A stretch of 64,000 nucleotides of DNA, from positions 6,773-70,772 of the forward strand of contig JBBDXD010000019.1 in assembly GCA_040902535.1 (NCBI GenBank). The letters run 5' to 3'. Positions 17,992-26,974 of the stretch are shown here, piece by piece. This DNA comes from Dehalococcoidia bacterium (GTDB lineage: Bacteria > Chloroflexota > Dehalococcoidia > DSTF01 > JACRBR01). The position numbers were made by a program, and so were the translations under genes. The notes beneath the pieces were generated by a model that was not told the DNA's origin, did no database searches, and saw only the letters and a list, made by a program, of their open reading frames with translations. The stretch's first letter is position 1, and every line of letters begins with the position of its first letter.

Positions 17992-18831
17992 TTACGGAAA
18001 GATCGGGAGCTGTGTCAGCTCCGTGAGGGTCCAGATTGTGTAATCGGGCGTGACGCCTTCGCCGCCGCCCCACTCGCCGAGCGCGCGGCCGGTCTCGGCG
18101 CGAGTGGCGCCGGGCTTACCCTGCTGCGGCGGGCCTTCGCCGACCTGCTCCTTTTCGTGCGGCGGGTCGGCATTGTGGACGCGTCGCCAGATGGCGGTCA
18201 TGCCGAGCGTCTGCGCCGCGGCGACGTCGGCGCGGAGCGAGTCGCCGACCATCGCGGTCTCCCTTGGATCGATCTTCATCTCGTCGATGACGTGCTGGAA
18301 GATCTGCGGATGCGGCTTCATGTAGCCCAGGTCGCACGAGACCGCGACCGACTCGAAGTAGGTGTCGAGGCGCAGTTCGCGCATCTCCTCGGCGAAGCGC
18401 GGCCCACCGAACACGCGGTTCGTCACGACGCCGAGACGGATGCCGCGGTCACGCAGCCAGTCGAGCACCGGGTAGGCGTCATCAAACATGGTGCGGCCCA
18501 GCATCAGGCCGCCGAGGTTCCAGGCGTCCCAGAGCTGCGCCGCCTGCTCGTGCGTGATATCGACCCCCTTGCCGGCGACGATCTGGCGGACCGCCTCGTT
18601 GAAGTCGGGGCTGACGCAGTCGGACTCGTAGGCGGCGCGGTCGGCCTTCTCGATGCCGAGGCGGATGTCGCGGCCGAGGAAGCGCAGTTCACCTTCGAAG
18701 GGCACGCCCCACGACTTCACGGTGTCGCCGACGCGCCGCACGGTCTCCATGCGGATGTGGTCGGTCGACGGCATCTTCGGGAAGTGCCAGAGCGTGTCGC
18801 CGAGGTCGAACAGGACGCTTTTGATCGCCAT
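17992..18831 (-). CDS. HAD-superfamily hydrolase
   Basis: MAIKSVLFDLGDTLW (DxD motif I), VVTN (motif II), MVGDSLRADV (motif IV). Confidence 0.8.
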   Translation of the reverse strand: MAIKSVLFDLGDTLWHFPKMPSTDHIRMETVRRVGDTVKSWGVPFEGELRFLGRDIRLGIEKADRAAYESDCVSPDFNEAVRQIVAGKGVDITHEQAAQLWDAWNLGGLMLGRTMFDDAYPVLDWLRDRGIRLGVVTNRVFGGPRFAEEMRELRLDTYFESVAVSCDLGYMKPHPQIFQHVIDEMKIDPRETAMVGDSLRADVAAAQTLGMTAIWRRVHNADPPHEKEQVGEGPPQQGKPGATRAETGRALGEWGGGEGVTPDYTIWTLTELTQLPIFP

Positions 18832-18954
18832 GGTGTCGAGGATAACGCGTCCGGGGGTTAGACGCTGCCTGCCGCCGGGGACGTGACGTTCCGTCTGGAG
18901 GATGATGCAGCGCATGGACGAACCCGTATCATTGGCGCACTGGGAGGCGCAGGC

Positions 18955-19395
18955 ATGCGTAAGGTCGTGATCGGAATCGCGCTGGTGGCCGGGTTACTCT
19001 TCGCCGGATGCGGTGGTGTCGACGTGCCGGATCATCCCGATCCCCTGGGTCATCGACCTGAGACCACCCACGAGCTGCGCGTTCAGGCCAGGGCGGCGAC
19101 GTTCATTCCGGCGGAACTCACCGTGAAGGTCGGCGCGACGACGCAGCTAACATTCGAGAACGTCGATGAGGCCGAGCACGACTTCCAGATTGACCAGATC
19201 GATGTTGATGTGATGGAAGGCGAAGTCGAACACGAAGCCGGGCACGAGAGCGGCGACCTGGTGGTCCACACGCAGGGCGGCGAAACGGATACCATCACGT
19301 TCGTGATCAACGAGCCGGGCACGTATGACTTCTACTGCACCCTCCCGGGCCACAAGGACGCAGGTATGGCAGGGACACTCGAGGCGACATCGTAG
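18955..19395 (+). CDS. cupredoxin (type-1 copper) lipoprotein
   Basis: MRKVVIGIALVAGLLFAGCGG lipobox; Cu ligands H...C-x4-H-x4-M in EHDFQ...YCTLPGHKDAGM. Confidence 0.75.
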   Translation: MRKVVIGIALVAGLLFAGCGGVDVPDHPDPLGHRPETTHELRVQARAATFIPAELTVKVGATTQLTFENVDEAEHDFQIDQIDVDVMEGEVEHEAGHESGDLVVHTQGGETDTITFVINEPGTYDFYCTLPGHKDAGMAGTLEATS

Positions 19396-19518
19396 CTGCA
19401 CGAGGTAACCGGAACGACCAACCTTGAAGCAGCCGTGCTGGCACGTAGGGAAATCCATACTCAAAAGTCCATACCGCCTGTCGATACTCCCGAAAGCGAC
19501 GATTGGGAGGAACCTGCG

Positions 19519-20916
19519 ATGGCAAGCGGACGCATATGGATTGTGGCTGGTGCTGCCCTGCTCGCACCGCTGGCGCTGCTGGCGGTGTTCCGGGCGTTCA
19601 CCGAAGCTGACCGCCTGATCATGGGCGACGGCCTGCACTTCTGGTCGGTCGGCGTTACGGCACTCGCCGCAGCCGTCGCGTGCGCCATCGTCGTGGCTTC
19701 CGCGCGGTCGCTTCGGGAGACGCGGCTGCTGTTCCTGGCGCTCGCATTTATGTCAATCGGCGGCGTCTTCTCGATTCACGGCCTGCTGACGCCGGGCGTC
19801 CTCGTACACCAGTTCCACCCCGCGCTTGTCGTTTCGAGCTGGGTGAGCATCCTCTGCGGCTCGGTGTTCGTCGCGATGAGCGCGATGACGCTGCCGCAGG
19901 CCTTCGACCGCGGCGTCCGCCGCGCCGGCACGACGATCTTCGCCTGGGCGACCGTCGCCATCGCCACCTACATTGCGATGAGCTTCGCGTACCCGGGCTG
20001 GCTCGACTGGGCGCCGACCGACGACCGCACGGTGCAGTACTTCCTGACGGCGCTCGCGACCGGGCTGTTCGCGTTTGGCGCGCTGCGCTACTGGCAGGCA
20101 TACCAGTTCGCGCGGCTTCCATCGCAGGGCGCGATGGTGGTGGCGCTCGTGCTGCTCGCGCAGGTGCCGGCGATCCTGCTCTGGGGCGTCGTCTGGCACG
20201 CGTCGTGGTGGATGTATCACGTCGTCTACGGCGCGGCGTTCTGCGTGCTGTTCGCCGGCTGGGCGGTCGAAGTGCGGCGCGCCGGCTCGCTGAAGGTGAT
20301 CTCCGAAGGGCTTTCGATGCGCGACGCGCTCTCGCAACTGGCGCGCGGGCAGGACGCGCACGTGCTGGAGCTGGTCGACGCGATCGAGGCGAAGGACCAC
20401 GCGACGCTCGGCCACGTCCGGCGCGTGAGCGCGTACGCACTCTCGATCGGTCGGAAGCTCGGGCTTTCGGCGCCGGAACTGCGCTCGCTGGCGATCGCGG
20501 CCGAACTGCACGACGTCGGCAAGATCGGCGTGCCGGACTGGATCCTGGGCAAGCCGTCGAAGCTCACGGAAGAAGAGTTCGCCGAGATCAAGAAGCACAC
20601 CGGCCGCGGCTACGAGATCGCCACGCGCATCGACGTCCTGCGCGAGATCGCGCCCGTGATCCGCGCGCACCACGAGCGCATGAACGGCAGTGGCTACCCG
20701 GACGCCCTGCGCGGCGACGACATTCCGATGGCGGCGCGCATCATCGCCGTCGCCGACACGTACGACGCGATGACGTCGACGCGGCCGTACCGCCCGGCGA
20801 TGACGCACGACGCAGCGATCGCCGAACTGCGGCGCGTCAGCGGCGTGGAACTGGACGCGCGGTGCGTCGATGCGTTCCTGTCGTCGTTGGATGAAGAGTT
20901 GGCGGCCGCGGCGTAG
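19519..20916 (+). CDS. membrane-anchored HD-GYP domain c-di-GMP phosphodiesterase
   Basis: 8 predicted TM helices then HD domain (HATLGHVRRVS, ELHDVGKIGVP) and GYP (RMNGSGYPD); RBS GGGAGG before ATG 19519. Confidence 0.75.
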   Translation: MASGRIWIVAGAALLAPLALLAVFRAFTEADRLIMGDGLHFWSVGVTALAAAVACAIVVASARSLRETRLLFLALAFMSIGGVFSIHGLLTPGVLVHQFHPALVVSSWVSILCGSVFVAMSAMTLPQAFDRGVRRAGTTIFAWATVAIATYIAMSFAYPGWLDWAPTDDRTVQYFLTALATGLFAFGALRYWQAYQFARLPSQGAMVVALVLLAQVPAILLWGVVWHASWWMYHVVYGAAFCVLFAGWAVEVRRAGSLKVISEGLSMRDALSQLARGQDAHVLELVDAIEAKDHATLGHVRRVSAYALSIGRKLGLSAPELRSLAIAAELHDVGKIGVPDWILGKPSKLTEEEFAEIKKHTGRGYEIATRIDVLREIAPVIRAHHERMNGSGYPDALRGDDIPMAARIIAVADTYDAMTSTRPYRPAMTHDAAIAELRRVSGVELDARCVDAFLSSLDEELAAAA

Positions 20917-20985
20917 CGCGCGAGTTGTTATTTGTCGGTCTCAGCTTCTCGTTTTTGACTACGTTGGCGCTTAAGTCAATTCAAC

Positions 20986-21258
20986 CTACGCGCCTACAAG
21001 CAAGTCCGAAGTTAGGCGTCCCTGCACTATCCATGCGTTGTCCCATCCGTCACCCATAGGCAGGTGCGGCGTGAACTCAACGAGATAGATGTGCATGGGG
21101 TCGGGGATGTCCACCACGGTCGCGGGAGCATCTCGGTGTTTTGTACGCGGGTCGATCTTCTGAAGCTGTACGGTCACCTTGTCGCCGATTTGGAACATCT
21201 GAACCTCCATCTCGATTATGTCGCGATGTGCTTCCAGTATGCCAGATTGGTGAGACAC
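20986..21258 (-). CDS. small hypothetical protein
   Basis: 90-aa ORF downstream of and co-directional with P63C gene in a low-GC islet. Confidence 0.35.
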   Translation of the reverse strand: MSHQSGILEAHRDIIEMEVQMFQIGDKVTVQLQKIDPRTKHRDAPATVVDIPDPMHIYLVEFTPHLPMGDGWDNAWIVQGRLTSDLLVGA

Positions 21259-21325
21259 GAGTGGCGGAACTCGTCACCGAACGTGCGGTTAGCCGTAGCT
21301 CGAAGAGCGGCGAGAAGCGCCGGGA

Positions 21326-22345
21326 CTACAGGCCCTTACCGTCGTCGTCATCGAACTCGATCACCATCGGCAACGTTGCGTCGTACCTTGGGTGAATCCG
21401 ATCGAGCTTGGCCTGAAAGTCTTTCCAGTCTCCACTCAACTTCATGAGTGTCACAACCGAGCCCAAGTGCTCGCGCAACTTGGGATAACCGAGATTGGAT
21501 GTTAGTCGCTGAAAGTAGCGATGCTTGGGTCGCCCGTCCTCTGTCCTGGGCGTCACCTTCTTGAGTTCGTCGAGCACGCCGGGTGCTAGGCGCTTGTAGA
21601 TAAAATCGTTCGTGAGGTGCCCGAAGTATTGTGGTCTGCGCACCGAGTCAGCCGGGTAATCCAACCCTCGAAGTCTGAATAGATGCCGGTAGTAGTCGTC
21701 GGGGAAGGTTTGCACCCACGCTTGAATCTCCTTCGCGACGAACGCCTCCAGAATGCGCGCCAATGCATCCTTAGCGCGGAGTTCTTGAAATCCGGTGGCC
21801 TCATCGACAAGTGCGATGATCCCGGTGTGGGCCAGACCTCGAACGAGGATTTCGGCCTGCCGTGCAACAGGCCGTTGCTGATGGGGCAGGGCCCCGGCAT
21901 CGTTCGCTCGCAGATAGATGTCACAGACCAAAGGCAGCAACTCGGCGCGATAACCACTCGCGCGGCTCCCACTCGGCGTGTGAAACGTGATGGGCCTGCT
22001 TTTCTCCACAACCTCGTCGGGGATGAACGGACGGATCGCCTTTCCTTGTAGGATTGCCGGTAGCTGCTCTTCTCCTTCCTTGCGGACGTTGGCCTTTCGG
22101 TGGCGACCGAGCGCCTCAAGGAACCCCGCCTGGGATAGGACACGTGTGCCGTCCTCCAACACGTAGCACTGGATCTCGACTTCTCCGATTCTGATCGGTC
22201 GGTCCGGCGATCCACACACGGCCTGCGGCAGCTCTTGCTGCCACCTGGCAGCCGCCGCCCGCCGTGCGATCTTGTTGCGCTCCTCTTGTGTAAGGCTCTT
22301 CGCTCTCGCGACTCCGCCCCTCGCTCTTCCGACCACCATTGGCAT
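21326..22345 (-). CDS. phage-related P63C-domain protein
   Basis: 339 aa; N-terminal basic KSLTQEERNKIARRAAAARW and central region typical of bacteriophage P63C domain proteins; low-GC islet. Confidence 0.65.
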   Translation of the reverse strand: MPMVVGRARGGVARAKSLTQEERNKIARRAAAARWQQELPQAVCGSPDRPIRIGEVEIQCYVLEDGTRVLSQAGFLEALGRHRKANVRKEGEEQLPAILQGKAIRPFIPDEVVEKSRPITFHTPSGSRASGYRAELLPLVCDIYLRANDAGALPHQQRPVARQAEILVRGLAHTGIIALVDEATGFQELRAKDALARILEAFVAKEIQAWVQTFPDDYYRHLFRLRGLDYPADSVRRPQYFGHLTNDFIYKRLAPGVLDELKKVTPRTEDGRPKHRYFQRLTSNLGYPKLREHLGSVVTLMKLSGDWKDFQAKLDRIHPRYDATLPMVIEFDDDDGKGL

Positions 22346-22385
22346 TCCCTCCTTGTGCTTGCATTATCGCCCTGGTAAGCGGATC

Positions 22386-22416
22386 TTGCAAGCATGACAT
22401 GGCCCATGCTTGCATT
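22386..22416. promoter_or_regulatory. inverted repeat cttgcaagcatg-acatggcc-catgcttgcat upstream of P63C gene
   Basis: Read directly; 40 bp upstream of P63C start, 75 bp downstream of GH13 stop; no U-tract so not a canonical terminator. Confidence 0.35.
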
Positions 22417-22489
22417 TCTCTCCTCTCTGCCCCAACAGGGGCGAAGTCTGTGGGCCTTCGGGAACCAGGGGGCTCACGCTGGCCGGGCG

Positions 22490-24139
22490 TTATGCCCGCA
22501 ACAGCCGTCCTTCGTTCGGCGCCAGTTCGATCCGGCGTGCAGCCGGCGCATTGCCGTGCGTGCTTGCGATCATCTCCGCCCGCGTCATTCCATCCGGCAG
22601 GTCGAAGGTCGCCGCATCGTTCGTGAAGTTCAGCGTCACGAGCAGCCGCTCATCGCCGTGCGTGCGGGTGTACGCGAAGACGCCCTCGGGCACGCCGTCG
22701 ACTGCGGCGTAGTCGCCGTGCGTCAGCGCCTTCGACGAGCGGCGGAACCAGATCAGCCGCCGGTACAGCGACAGCAGCGAGCCGTCATCTTTCGCCTGGT
22801 CTTCGACGTTCACGCGCAGGTCGCCGTACGGAAGCCACGTCGTCGCGCCGCGGCTGAAGCCGCCGTCACGTGACCATGGCATGGGCGTGCGCTCCGGATC
22901 GCGCCCTTTCGCGAAGAAGCGCGCCGGATCCTGCAATTGCGCCTCCGGCACGTCGACGTCCTCCATGCCGATCTCTTCGCCGTAGTAGATGAATGGCGTG
23001 CCGCGCAGCGTCAGCAGCAGCATCGCGCCGACCCGCGCGCGCGCCTGCCCCAGCCCGTCGCCGTCGACGCGCGATGCGAACCGGGAGACGTCGTGGTTGC
23101 CGAGCACGTAGTTCGGCCACAGCGACGGCGGCAGCGCCGCCTCGAACTGGTCGATGCGCTTGCGCACGTGGTCGGCGCGCCAGCGTTCGGTGAAGATGCG
23201 CACGAGCGGAAAGTTGAAGGCCAGGTGCAGGCCATCGGCGGCCTCACCGCCGTAGTAGCGCACGATGTTCTCCGGCGGCCCGAACACTTCACCGATGGTC
23301 ATGCGCTCCGGGAACTCGTCGACCGTCCTGCGGATGCGCTTCACCGCGTCGAAGGTATCGGGCCAGTCGCGGTCGTAGATGTGCCGCTGCAGCATGGTCT
23401 GCGCCAGCACGCGGAAACGCTCGTCGGTCTCGGGCGGGTTGTCGCGCAGTTGCTCGTCCTTGATGATGCGGTCCATGACGTCGATGCGGAAGCCGTCGAT
23501 GCCGCGTTCCATCCAGAAGCGCAGCACGTCGTGCATCGCGCGCTCGACGTCCGGATTGCGCCAGTTGAGGTCGGGCTGCTCGACGAGGAACGAGTGCAGG
23601 TAGTACTGCTGCGTCTTCTGGTCCCATTCCCACGCCGGACCGCCGAACGCGGCGATCCAGTTGTTCGGCGGACTGCCGTCGGGTTTGGCGTCGCGCCAGA
23701 CGTACCAGTCGCGCTTCTGCGAATCTTTCGACGAGCGTGACTCGATGAACCACGGATGCAGGTTCGAGCTGTGATTCGGCACGAAGTCGAGCAGCACGCG
23801 GATGCCGCGCTTGTGCGCCTCTCCGATCAGGCGGTCCATCGTCTTCAGGTCGCCGAAGTCGGGGTGGACGCCGCTGTAGTCCGAGACGTCGTAGCCGAAG
23901 TCCTTCATCGGCGAAGGAAACGTCGGCGAGAACCAGATGGCGTCGACGCCCAGCGACGCCGGCGTGCCGTCGTTCAGGTAGTCGAGACGCTCGATGACGC
24001 CCGCCAGGTCGCCGATGCCATCGGCGTTCGAGTCCATGAAGCTGCGCGGATAGATCTGGTAGATGATGCCGTGCTTCCACCACAGGTAGTCCAAGCGGTT
24101 CTCCCGTGCTCGTTGGCGTTCCGTTGGGGGCAAGTGCAT
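22490..24139 (-). CDS. GH13 alpha-glucosidase / oligo-1,6-glucosidase family
   Basis: WWKHGIIYQIYPRSFMDSNADGIGDL, GVDAIWFSPTFPSP, GFRIDVMD, catalytic region typical of GH13_subfamily alpha-glucosidases. Confidence 0.85.
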   Translation of the reverse strand: MHLPPTERQRARENRLDYLWWKHGIIYQIYPRSFMDSNADGIGDLAGVIERLDYLNDGTPASLGVDAIWFSPTFPSPMKDFGYDVSDYSGVHPDFGDLKTMDRLIGEAHKRGIRVLLDFVPNHSSNLHPWFIESRSSKDSQKRDWYVWRDAKPDGSPPNNWIAAFGGPAWEWDQKTQQYYLHSFLVEQPDLNWRNPDVERAMHDVLRFWMERGIDGFRIDVMDRIIKDEQLRDNPPETDERFRVLAQTMLQRHIYDRDWPDTFDAVKRIRRTVDEFPERMTIGEVFGPPENIVRYYGGEAADGLHLAFNFPLVRIFTERWRADHVRKRIDQFEAALPPSLWPNYVLGNHDVSRFASRVDGDGLGQARARVGAMLLLTLRGTPFIYYGEEIGMEDVDVPEAQLQDPARFFAKGRDPERTPMPWSRDGGFSRGATTWLPYGDLRVNVEDQAKDDGSLLSLYRRLIWFRRSSKALTHGDYAAVDGVPEGVFAYTRTHGDERLLVTLNFTNDAATFDLPDGMTRAEMIASTHGNAPAARRIELAPNEGRLLRA

Positions 24140-24199
24140 CAGGTTGGGAGCGGAAGCGCAACGGTGGTGGAAGCGGGAAGCGAGAAGCGGGAGGCGGGA

Positions 24200-24919
24200 T
24201 CAGGTTGAGACGGTGTAGACGTCTGACGACGTGACCTCGCGGGGCATGGATTCGAGCATCGCGAGCCGCGGGTCGCCGTGCGCCGCCAATATGCGCGACA
24301 GCAGGCGGTCGCCGAAGCGCTCGAAGTAGGAGCACTCTTTGCGAAACGCGAGCAGCGTGCGACGGTCGCCGCCCAGCAGCACATGTTCGATCTCGTCATC
24401 GTACGGCGTCAGCTTCTCGTGCGACGTCTCGCACGCCTTCTCGAACAGTTCGTGTACCTGCTTGTCGCGGATGCGGGCGAAGCGCGTCGAGGATTGGCCG
24501 CCCTTGCGATGCTTGTTCTTCACGAAGCGCTGGTCGACCTTCGAGTCGACGAGCTTGTTGCCGCGAAAGAAGCCGACGGCAAAGCCGCCGAGGCGCAGCA
24601 GGAAGACCGCGTACGCCCGCTGGCGCTCAAGCGATTCGACGAGCGGCGCGACGTGGACCTCGTCGAAGGCGCCGTCGCGGTCGAGCCGGAAGGGCGGCAC
24701 GACGAGCGTCACGCCGCCCGCATGTTCGAACAGGACCGATCCCGTGTCCGACGCCGCAGCGATCTCCTCGAGCCGGGCAGCGTCGTCGGGATCGATGACG
24801 GCCGTCAGCGAGAGAGCGTCGCCGGGATTCGCATACACGGTGCGGCCGGCGCTGCCGTCGGGGGGCAGTGTCGCCAGCACGCGCTGCTTCGGCTCGTGAG
24901 TGCGCTCGATGGCCATTGG
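24200..24919 (-). CDS. acVLRF1-family (Vms1/ANKZF1-like, eRF1-fold) putative peptidyl-tRNA hydrolase
   Basis: FVKNKHRKGGQSSTRFARIRDKQ (GGQ/GSQ-like loop in conserved context). Confidence 0.6.
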   Translation of the reverse strand, partial: PMAIERTHEPKQRVLATLPPDGSAGRTVYANPGDALSLTAVIDPDDAARLEEIAAASDTGSVLFEHAGGVTLVVPPFRLDRDGAFDEVHVAPLVESLERQRAYAVFLLRLGGFAVGFFRGNKLVDSKVDQRFVKNKHRKGGQSSTRFARIRDKQVHELFEKACETSHEKLTPYDDEIEHVLLGGDRRTLLAFRKECSYFERFGDRLLSRILAAHGDPRLAMLESMPREVTSSDVYTVST

Positions 24920-24987
24920 CGGCAGCGTACCGGTCGCGCCGCGCGGCTGCTCGCCGCTAACGGCGGCTCGCTGTACGGTAGCGCGAC

Positions 24988-25794
24988 ATGGCAAGCGAAA
25001 CGAGCGGAGGTGCGCGCGTGCGGACGTTGGTGAGGGACGGCGTAGGCCTGGCCGTCGAGGAGGCGGGTGCGCCTGACGCGCCGGTGCTCGTCTTCGTACA
25101 CGGCTGGACGTGCGACCGGTCGCACTTCGCGCCGCAGGTCGCGCACTTCTCGCCGGCGTATCGCTGCGTGTCCGTCGACCTGCGCGGCCACGGCGAAAGC
25201 GACGCGCCGGAGCAGGATTACACGATCGAAGCGCTCGCGGATGACGTCGCGTGGATCTGCGACAGCGCGAATGTCGCGGACGCGGTGTTCATCGGGCACA
25301 GCATGGGCGGGACGATCGTGCTGGCGTTATCGCACGCGCGTCCGGACCTGGTGCGCGCGCTTGCGCTGTTCGACCCGGCAATCCTCTTTCCGCCCGACGT
25401 GCAGACGCTCGCCAACCAGCTCGCCGATGCGTTCGCCGCGCCAGGCGGCATGGACACGGTGCGCCAGTTTGAAGATCAGCGATTCTTCACGTCGACGAGC
25501 GACGCGACGCTCAAGCAGCGCGTCGTCGATGCCGCCTGCTGCACGCCACAGCACGTGGTGGCGTCGGCGTTCAGGAGCGTCGCGACGTGGGATGCGCGGC
25601 CGGCGCTCGAAGCCGTGCGCGTGCCGATGCTGTACGTCGGTGCGGAGCCTCAGACCGCCGATATGGCGGTGCTTCGCGAACTGGCGCCGAAGACGATGAT
25701 CGGCAACACCGTGGGTTCGGGGCACTTCCACCAGCTCGAGGTGCCCGAGCAGATCAACGCGATGCTCGCGCGGTTTCTGCAGATCGCCGGGTAG
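24988..25794 (+). CDS. alpha/beta-fold hydrolase
   Basis: VFVHGW ... IGHSMGG nucleophile elbow ... GHFHQLE. Confidence 0.75.
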   Translation: MASETSGGARVRTLVRDGVGLAVEEAGAPDAPVLVFVHGWTCDRSHFAPQVAHFSPAYRCVSVDLRGHGESDAPEQDYTIEALADDVAWICDSANVADAVFIGHSMGGTIVLALSHARPDLVRALALFDPAILFPPDVQTLANQLADAFAAPGGMDTVRQFEDQRFFTSTSDATLKQRVVDAACCTPQHVVASAFRSVATWDARPALEAVRVPMLYVGAEPQTADMAVLRELAPKTMIGNTVGSGHFHQLEVPEQINAMLARFLQIAG

Positions 25795-25911
25795 GAAGAA
25801 GGCCGCCACCGTCTCCGAAATTCGCACATATGCGCCTGAATCCGCGTAAACCTCGCGGCGCGGGCGCGACGGTTGACGTACGGCCCTTGTCCTAAGCCTC
25901 TGCACACCCAA

Positions 25912-25939
25912 CACTTAAGTACATACTAATACTTGAGTG
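25912..25939. promoter_or_regulatory. AT-rich palindrome cacttaagta-N8-tacttgagtg; candidate IdeR/DtxR-type operator
   Basis: 10-nt arms with 1 mismatch, 20 bp upstream of Fe3+-SBP start; TTGACG -35-like at 25873. Confidence 0.4.
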
Positions 25940-25958
25940 CTTTGGGACGGTTTACCCT

Positions 25959-26972
25959 ATGAAGAGACTACGAATCCTGGCGGCGGCCGGCGTGGCGCTG
26001 CTTACGCTCGCAGCCGCCGCCGCTTGCGGTGGCGACGATCGCTCGACACTCACCGTGTACTCCGGCCGCTCGGAGAGCCTCGTCGGGCCGCTGCTCGAGC
26101 GCTACGCCGACGAGACCGGCGCCAGGGTCGAGGTCCGATACGCCAGCACGGCCGAACTCGCCTCGACGATCCTCGAAGAGGGCGGCAACAGTCCGGCGGA
26201 CGTGTACTTCGCGCAGGACGCCGGAGCGCTCGGCGCGCTCGCGAAGGAACGGCGGCTGGTGGCGCTGCCGCAGTCCATCCTGGACCTCGTCGACGCGCGA
26301 TTCCGCTCCGACGATGGTCGCTGGGTCGGGATCTCGGCGCGGGCGCGCGTCGTGGCGTATAACACGAACAACGTCGATCCGGCGGATCTGCCGGCTTCGA
26401 TCCTGGACTTCACGGATCCGAAGTGGAAGGGCCGCATCGGCTGGGCGCCGACGAATGGTTCGTTCCAGGCGTTCGTCACGGCGCTGCGTCTCACGCAGGG
26501 CGACGCCGGCGCGCGCGCATGGCTCGAGGGCATCGAGGCCAATGACCCCGTCGCGTTTGACGGCAACCTGCCCGCGCTCGTAGCCGTCGCGAGTGGCGAA
26601 CTCGACGTCGCGTTCATCAATCACTATTACCTGTACCAGCTTCGCAGCGAGACCGACGGGAACGTCGATGCGGCGAACTACTTTCTGCCGGGCGGCGACG
26701 CGGGCGCGCTCGTCAACGTCGCCGGCGCCGGCATTCTCGATTCCGCCGACAGCAGCGAAGAGGCGGAGCGGTTCATCGAGTGGCTGCTGACCGACGAGTC
26801 GCAGCAGTACTTCGCGTCGGAGACGCACGAGTACCCGATCGTCGACGGCGTGCCGGCCGAAGCTGAGCTGGTCGCGCTGAGAGATATCCAGACGCCGGCC
26901 ATCGACCTGAGCGACCTGGATGACCTCGAGGGCACGCTGGAACTGCTGAGGGATACCGGAGTCATCCCGTAG
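25959..26972 (+). CDS. Fe(3+) ABC transporter substrate-binding protein (FbpA/AfuA family)
   Basis: Signal peptide; type-II SBP with VYSGRSES..., Tyr-rich iron-binding region NHYYLYQL. Confidence 0.8.
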   Translation: MKRLRILAAAGVALLTLAAAAACGGDDRSTLTVYSGRSESLVGPLLERYADETGARVEVRYASTAELASTILEEGGNSPADVYFAQDAGALGALAKERRLVALPQSILDLVDARFRSDDGRWVGISARARVVAYNTNNVDPADLPASILDFTDPKWKGRIGWAPTNGSFQAFVTALRLTQGDAGARAWLEGIEANDPVAFDGNLPALVAVASGELDVAFINHYYLYQLRSETDGNVDAANYFLPGGDAGALVNVAGAGILDSADSSEEAERFIEWLLTDESQQYFASETHEYPIVDGVPAEAELVALRDIQTPAIDLSDLDDLEGTLELLRDTGVIP

Positions 26973-26974
26973 CG

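Noticed and set aside
16582-18861. 759-aa plus-strand ORF (and similar long ORFs 34756-36888 +, 11135-12544 -, 19753-20808 -, 22937-23740 +, 45739-46863 +, 62549-63931 -)
   Set aside because: Extreme Arg/Ala/Asp/Gly bias and no motifs. These are typical antisense open frames in ~68% GC DNA, and each overlaps a convincing gene on the other strand.
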